Below are positions 58,601 to 64,000 of a DNA stretch of 64,000 bases, in pieces. Both the position numbers and the translations under genes were made by a program. Numbering within the stretch: the first letter of the stretch is position 1; each line of letters begins with the position of its first letter. Source of the DNA: Laetmonice hystrix (Eukaryota); NCBI GenBank assembly GCA_965235115.1, contig OZ249436.1, positions 30,692,001-30,756,000 of the forward strand, in the 5' to 3' direction. The notes beneath the pieces are model-generated. The model ran no database searches, was not told the DNA's origin, and worked only from the letters and a program-made list of their open reading frames with translations.

Positions 58601-61600
58601 GACCGTCAAGTGAAGGTAGACCACATGTAAATGGTGATGATTTCTCCACCCCAAGGAAGCCATCCTCAGTGAGGTGTATGTGTATGTCGACAATGACCAA
58701 ACGTCGAGATCACTGGGCCTCCTTGTGGAGGAGGGAGTGTTGGTGGCTGCAGTCTGACACTCAGTGAATCTATGTCACTTGTTGGAGTGTGACACTGGCC
58801 TGGCCCGGCGGTAGTGGTGGCTCTGTGCGAGCGCCCCTGTCCACCACGCTCAAACATCTAGGCCTACCACTACCGCGCCACCAGCGGACGGTTCACGCAC
58901 TAGGAGGTGCTCCTGCGAACTTTTCATAAATGATATACACATTCACCCACGCCCGCCTCAACATAGAAAAAAAAGTACGCAGAGGGTCTCTGTAGACTTC
59001 AGTGACATTCGGAGAGAGAGGTAAACAGAGACCACTTTAGTTTGAAAGGAAGGCTCTGGTGTCCTGGCCCACCGGTGGCACTGACTGCAAATGTGGACCG
59101 ATCGGGGGCTGTCATCAACACGTCCGTCCGTCGGTGTGTGTGTGCAGGGAGGATGGACGGACGGACGCACGGGCCTAACTACACACGAGACGAGGCGGCG
59201 TACGAGCCTGCCTTCAGTTGGCCGGGGACGATGGGGACTGTGGTTGGACTGAGCATTCCGAACCGTGTGTGTCACATCAAGGTCTGTCATCCATGATCTA
59301 TGCAACCAACACCAAGAGTTGGGGGAGGAGGGGCTTGGTCGGGTCTACCACGGCACCATTTTTAAAATAATCTTTTATGACATATTATCACACAATGTAG
59401 TGATGTATGAGGAATCTTTATTACTGTTTTATGATATTCGACACTATATTAATTATGGTTATTCGTCATGACTAGGCCTACACCTGAAAATATGAGTGAC
59501 CCATATAAAAACTCCAGATGAAATAAAAATGTGTTTGGTGTTCAGATATAGGCCTATAGGACTCTATATAGGTCAAGAAAGTTGTCCACTGCGGCAAATA
59601 TCCTAGGGAAAACAAAGGTCCTGTCATCCTACACCCGGGTTATCTGATCCCCAGCCTGTCGGCCCCTCAGGGATCTGGAGGAGGGGTCAGGGGGGTCATA
59701 AGTCACCCAGGACAGGATCCATCTGAAACATCTGCTCCAGCCAAGCTTACAGTCCTTTTTTTTGACTGACAACCAAATTGAAATAGAAACTTTGTAGCTG
59801 ATAATTTCCGTGACATATTTACCATGTACCTCATCCCTTTATCCTAACCACCTTTCAGTGTCCATGATGTTTTTCCTTGTACATACGGTGCCTAACACTT
59901 ACATTTATCCAAACTCTATAATTATTGTTAAATTACTGACACATATATCCTCTAAATGAGCGAATCAAACGTGGTTGTTTTGGAAGTACACCAAGTGAGA
60001 CGGTGTGGGACACTGATCTATCTGCAGTCACCTCTCATGGAAGTACGTCGGTGCTATTGTTCGGGTATTAAACAACATGAGACGCGTGTCGAGGGTGGCG
60101 AGGTGCCAACGCCCCCTGGCGTGCTTCAGTCAAACGTGTGAGTGTGAGACAGTACACAGGGAGTGTACTACACTTAGGCCTACCCCACCCCCCACCCCCA
60201 CCCCCACCCCGGACATACTATACTCATACACTGTACAGGTCAGAAAAAAAAACCGGAAAGACTGAATCGTTGCAGCATGAAATATATTCATGCATAAAAT
60301 CTGCGCTAGATATGACGACACTACTGAATCTCGCTATAATAACGGCTATCCCAGAAATTCTTAGTTTTATTTCCATATATCCCTTGGCCAGTCGTGCACA
60401 CCAAGTTGCAGCTGTATTTCTATACACGCGGAATGCATACGGAATCATCAAATTTAATAATGATTTAACAATCCGGATAAATAAATCCTGGTAAACTATT
60501 TCCTGACTATAGCCCAATATTCACTAAAGGCGCCAGTCGTTACGGTCGGTCTATACCGGTTACCATCATAGGGTGTGGTGCGTCGCTCCGTGTCACAGAC
60601 AATGTTCCTGCGCGCGATCTCAAACTCACAGCCGTTATATAGCAGACCGCTCCCACACTACAGACTGCCGAGACTTTTTCATATATTTAAATTTACATGT
60701 TGAGTGTATCAAATCTCATCTGTGAACTCACTGAACCTTTATACAGCTGCCAGGTTTACCTGTCATCACTTGGTTATGTAGCATTGAAATAATTGCGTTT
60801 TGATTGTCCATACCAGGACAGCTTAGTTTCCTAACACCGGACCGCCCCCTCCCCTCCACCCACCCAAACTATAAACCTCCAGGTCAGTGGAGTCTTCGAT
60901 CTTGGCAGCTTGACACACTGCCGGAGCGGTCCAGGTTTGCTCCAAGGAGGGGGGGGGGTGCAAAGACGGGGGTTGTGGGTGCCGGGGGGGGGTATATGGT
61001 TCGAACATTTCAAGCAAAAACAAAAACTTCGTAACGGGGGGGGTACCCCAGTAACACCCCCCCCCCCCTTGTACGGAACATCTTAATTCACGTGATCACC
61101 CACCGTATAAGGTAAAGGTAAAATTCCCGTGTCCCACTGCACCAAACTATTTCACATCACAGATCATGCCCACCCACATCCTTGTTTACACACGCCACAC
61201 ACCTTTGGTATATCACAGCTATACCCGAGCATTCCTCAGTCTAGACGGTCGGTGAGCGCTTACTAATACGTTCGATAAACATCGGAAACCTGTGGATCCG
61301 ATGACCCACGCTCAGTGAGTGACTGCCCCATGTGGTCGGCACCCTCTCCCCCTAGCGACTCACACCACAGGGCCATGACCAGTTCACTGACCCCTGACCG
61401 TCAGCGGTTAACCTCGACATCCATCAGGTGATTTCATGGCCTGTATTGATATGTTCTTAGAGTTCAATATATTTTTCTTTCCCATGTTCTTTTTACAGTA
61501 GGCCTATAGTTCATTTGATAGCCAGACCTGATAGTTCATTGTTTCTGAATGTTACATGATCTGGTGGGGTTTGCCCCAATCTATCTAAGTATCGTATTTA

Positions 61601-62789
61601 CAGGTGGAAGTTTTCCTTCGAGAAATTTCCCCACATCGTCTATAGTTATGTAGGTCTTTGTGAATCCTTATACAGAGTTGATGTATATATATAAAAGAAG
61701 TGCCTGTTGTACCTACCCATTCACTGTTTTCGCACGTAACTGTCATCCTTGAATTCTAAGTAAGTAGATATTATATACACACAGCGTCCTATAGTTGGTC
61801 AGGGTGTCCGTGAATGACGAGGTCCCTATGATAAATCCTTGTGACAGATCTGATCGAGACTGTGACTTCAGTAAGACTGGCGTGGACCGTTACAGAGACT
61901 GGCTTTATATGTCAGACGGCCGGTTCCGGCCGTCGGTTGGGATGTCTTTGTGTTGTCCCGACACGACTGGCATATGGCAGAGATCTGACTTCATTCACAC
62001 ACTGTTTGCTTTTGCGCACGTTGGTGGCGGTTGACCGTGACTCATAATGTAACGGCCCCAACGGTCGGTCCTATGTACGTCCAACCCGCTGAGCCTACAC
62101 TCACAGCGACTTTCTCCTGTCATATAGACTCGACATTACTCTCAACAATGGGACTGGTTCCATATCAGAGCAGAGATATCACAGTATGAACTCTTTGACA
62201 GCTTGAGAGGATCTCTTATCAGATAGAAGCATGTTTTCTCCGAGGAGTCGGTTTTCGCTGCTTATCGGGTGATCTATTACAATGTATACCTACATGTACA
62301 CCTACGCAGTGGGGCCCGCCCTAATGACCACGGATGATTAGAGTTCCTCGAAATAACATGGAAATCATCACCTTTTCCACAATGATTGATAAACCACGTC
62401 CGGATCGAGGATTTTGCAAGTGGGAAGGTCAGATTTGGCTAAACATTCCGATTCACACGTAACTAGTACAAATATTCACGGGGACATGATCATCAAGTTT
62501 TCATTATAACGAAGGATATGGTTGCTGACGTCGTTTGTAATTACGTCGTTTGTAATCGGCTCAGTCACAATCAGGGTACCCAGTGGTTTGCAAATTGGTC
62601 CAATTTTTTTTTTCCTCAAATAGGAGTAAGTCATACAATGATTTTTGCAGAAATGTGTCAGGATTCAAATATAACAAACCCTGTGAAGCATTCGCACTCT
62701 GTTTTCGAGATACCAGGTTTCGAATAACATGTGTCCCATGGGGGTACGGACAGGACAGGGCTGCCGACAAACCAAATTCAGATCGTCAA

Positions 62790-63417
62790 ATGACCAAGAG
62801 GGCTCTTGAAACAGATGTCAAACCGTGTCCAATCTGATCTCAGACCTACCAATACCATCTGGGCTTATGTTAAGAACAAATGGCAAGCCGAATTGGATGA
62901 ACAACCAAACAATAAATTGTATCAGATCAGTCCCGTCGTGAACCAAAGGTATCATCACGGCCTGACCCCGTAGGCATGAAATTGTTTTTACTCGATGCAG
63001 GATTGGTCATTCTAGATTAATCCACGTGTTTTTATTGAAGGGGAGCCACCTCCAGAATGTTATGGCTGTCAATGTCCTTTGACACTGAAGCATCTTTTAC
63101 TTGAGTGTGGTGATTTTACTCTGATCAGACAACGGTTTTATAATGAGACAAGTCTTAAGGACCCTTTTAGCAATGTCAGACCAGTATGTGATTTTAGAGT
63201 TTTTGCCAGAGGCTGCACTTCTCACTCTTTTATAGTTCAGGCTCGTCGATAGCCCTGTTGGGCTGACAGGATTGAGTTTGTTTCAATTCCCGTTGGGGCC
63301 CGGGATAAAATGGGTTCCTTTCACTTTATGTTCTTTTAACCCTGTTTTCGCCATGAAGATGACCCCGGGTGCCGACACGGCGGAAAACCACTACTACTCA
63401 CTCACTCACTCACTCAC
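62790..63417 (+). mobile_element. 5'-truncated, frameshifted non-LTR retrotransposon (I/Nimb-like): RNase H end, CCHC knuckle, 3' UTR, (CACT)n tail
   Basis: KWQAELDEQPNNKLYQISP / RRHEIVFTRCRIGHSRL / PPECYGCQCPLTLKHLLLEC..RQRFY; ends in ctcactcactcactcact. Confidence 0.85.
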
Positions 63418-64000
63418 TGCAATATAATATATGCAAACAGAAACTGATTATGTTCACACATCCTTCCCATTAAATAATGTCCTGTCCGTCCCCCCTTCAT
63501 TATTTTCGGGTTACAGTGCTGCCTATTAAATTAAAGCAGAAATCAGATAGCTTTTAAATTTCTTATTGTTATACATATAATGTAGCAAGTATTGCAAATT
63601 AATGCAGTAATCACAATATTAGCACCAGATTTACTGAACTAAAATACATTTTTGAAGCATATAAGTTTAGGTGGTGCATAACCCGTCAGTAAATTTCCCT
63701 TGTATTAAAACTTGGAGCGAAATATTGCATGAACTAAATGTATTATTGCCTTTACAGTTTATCCAGTAGTAAATAATCAACATATTGTCATATTCACTTG
63801 ATAAAACTTCATCAAATTAAAGCCTATAGCAAGGGGGTACGGACAGGACGACGGGGACGGACAGGACAAAATGCGAGTTGCGTCTTGTTTTCCAGGACGC
63901 AACAGTGTGAAACCTCTTATAAATATTGTATTTAAGGACGTTCAACGAAGGGCTACACATGCACAATATGGCACAAGTAGCTGCTTTTAGAGTAGCGAGA

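Overview
Eukaryotic (metazoan, probably marine invertebrate; species not identifiable from sequence alone) genomic window with GT-AG introns. Four protein-coding genes were reconstructed by hand with phase-consistent splicing. (1) The 3' 13 exons of HMGCR (+, 226-8565; 5' end lies outside the window). (2) A complete secreted GH18 chitinase with a C-terminal CBM14 domain (-, 20479-33966; TATA/Inr promoter at ~35.1 kb; ~463 aa). (3) A 7-exon orthologue of the meiotic telomere protein TERB2 (+, 40624-43954; 242 aa), almost invisible in the ORF track. (4) A ~1750-aa TPR protein encoded by one giant exon (-, 50334-55607), with a repeated W-x-T-x-E-E-x-V-E-T-P-x-x-I/L-L motif in its acidic tail. Introns and intergenic DNA hold many non-autonomous DNA transposons whose ends resemble Harbinger, hAT, Kolobok, MULE, Tc1/pogo, Academ, piggyBac and Ginger elements, plus a 5'-truncated I/Nimb-like LINE. 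The most unusual structure is in the last chitinase intron: a dead Tc1/mariner transposase whose catalytic-region segment (DLNPP..LWGYLKDHV) has expanded into a 20-copy minisatellite, and which was then interrupted by three further TIR elements. No CRISPR array, rRNA gene or credible tRNA gene was seen. All family assignments come from remembered motifs and end structures, not database searches.
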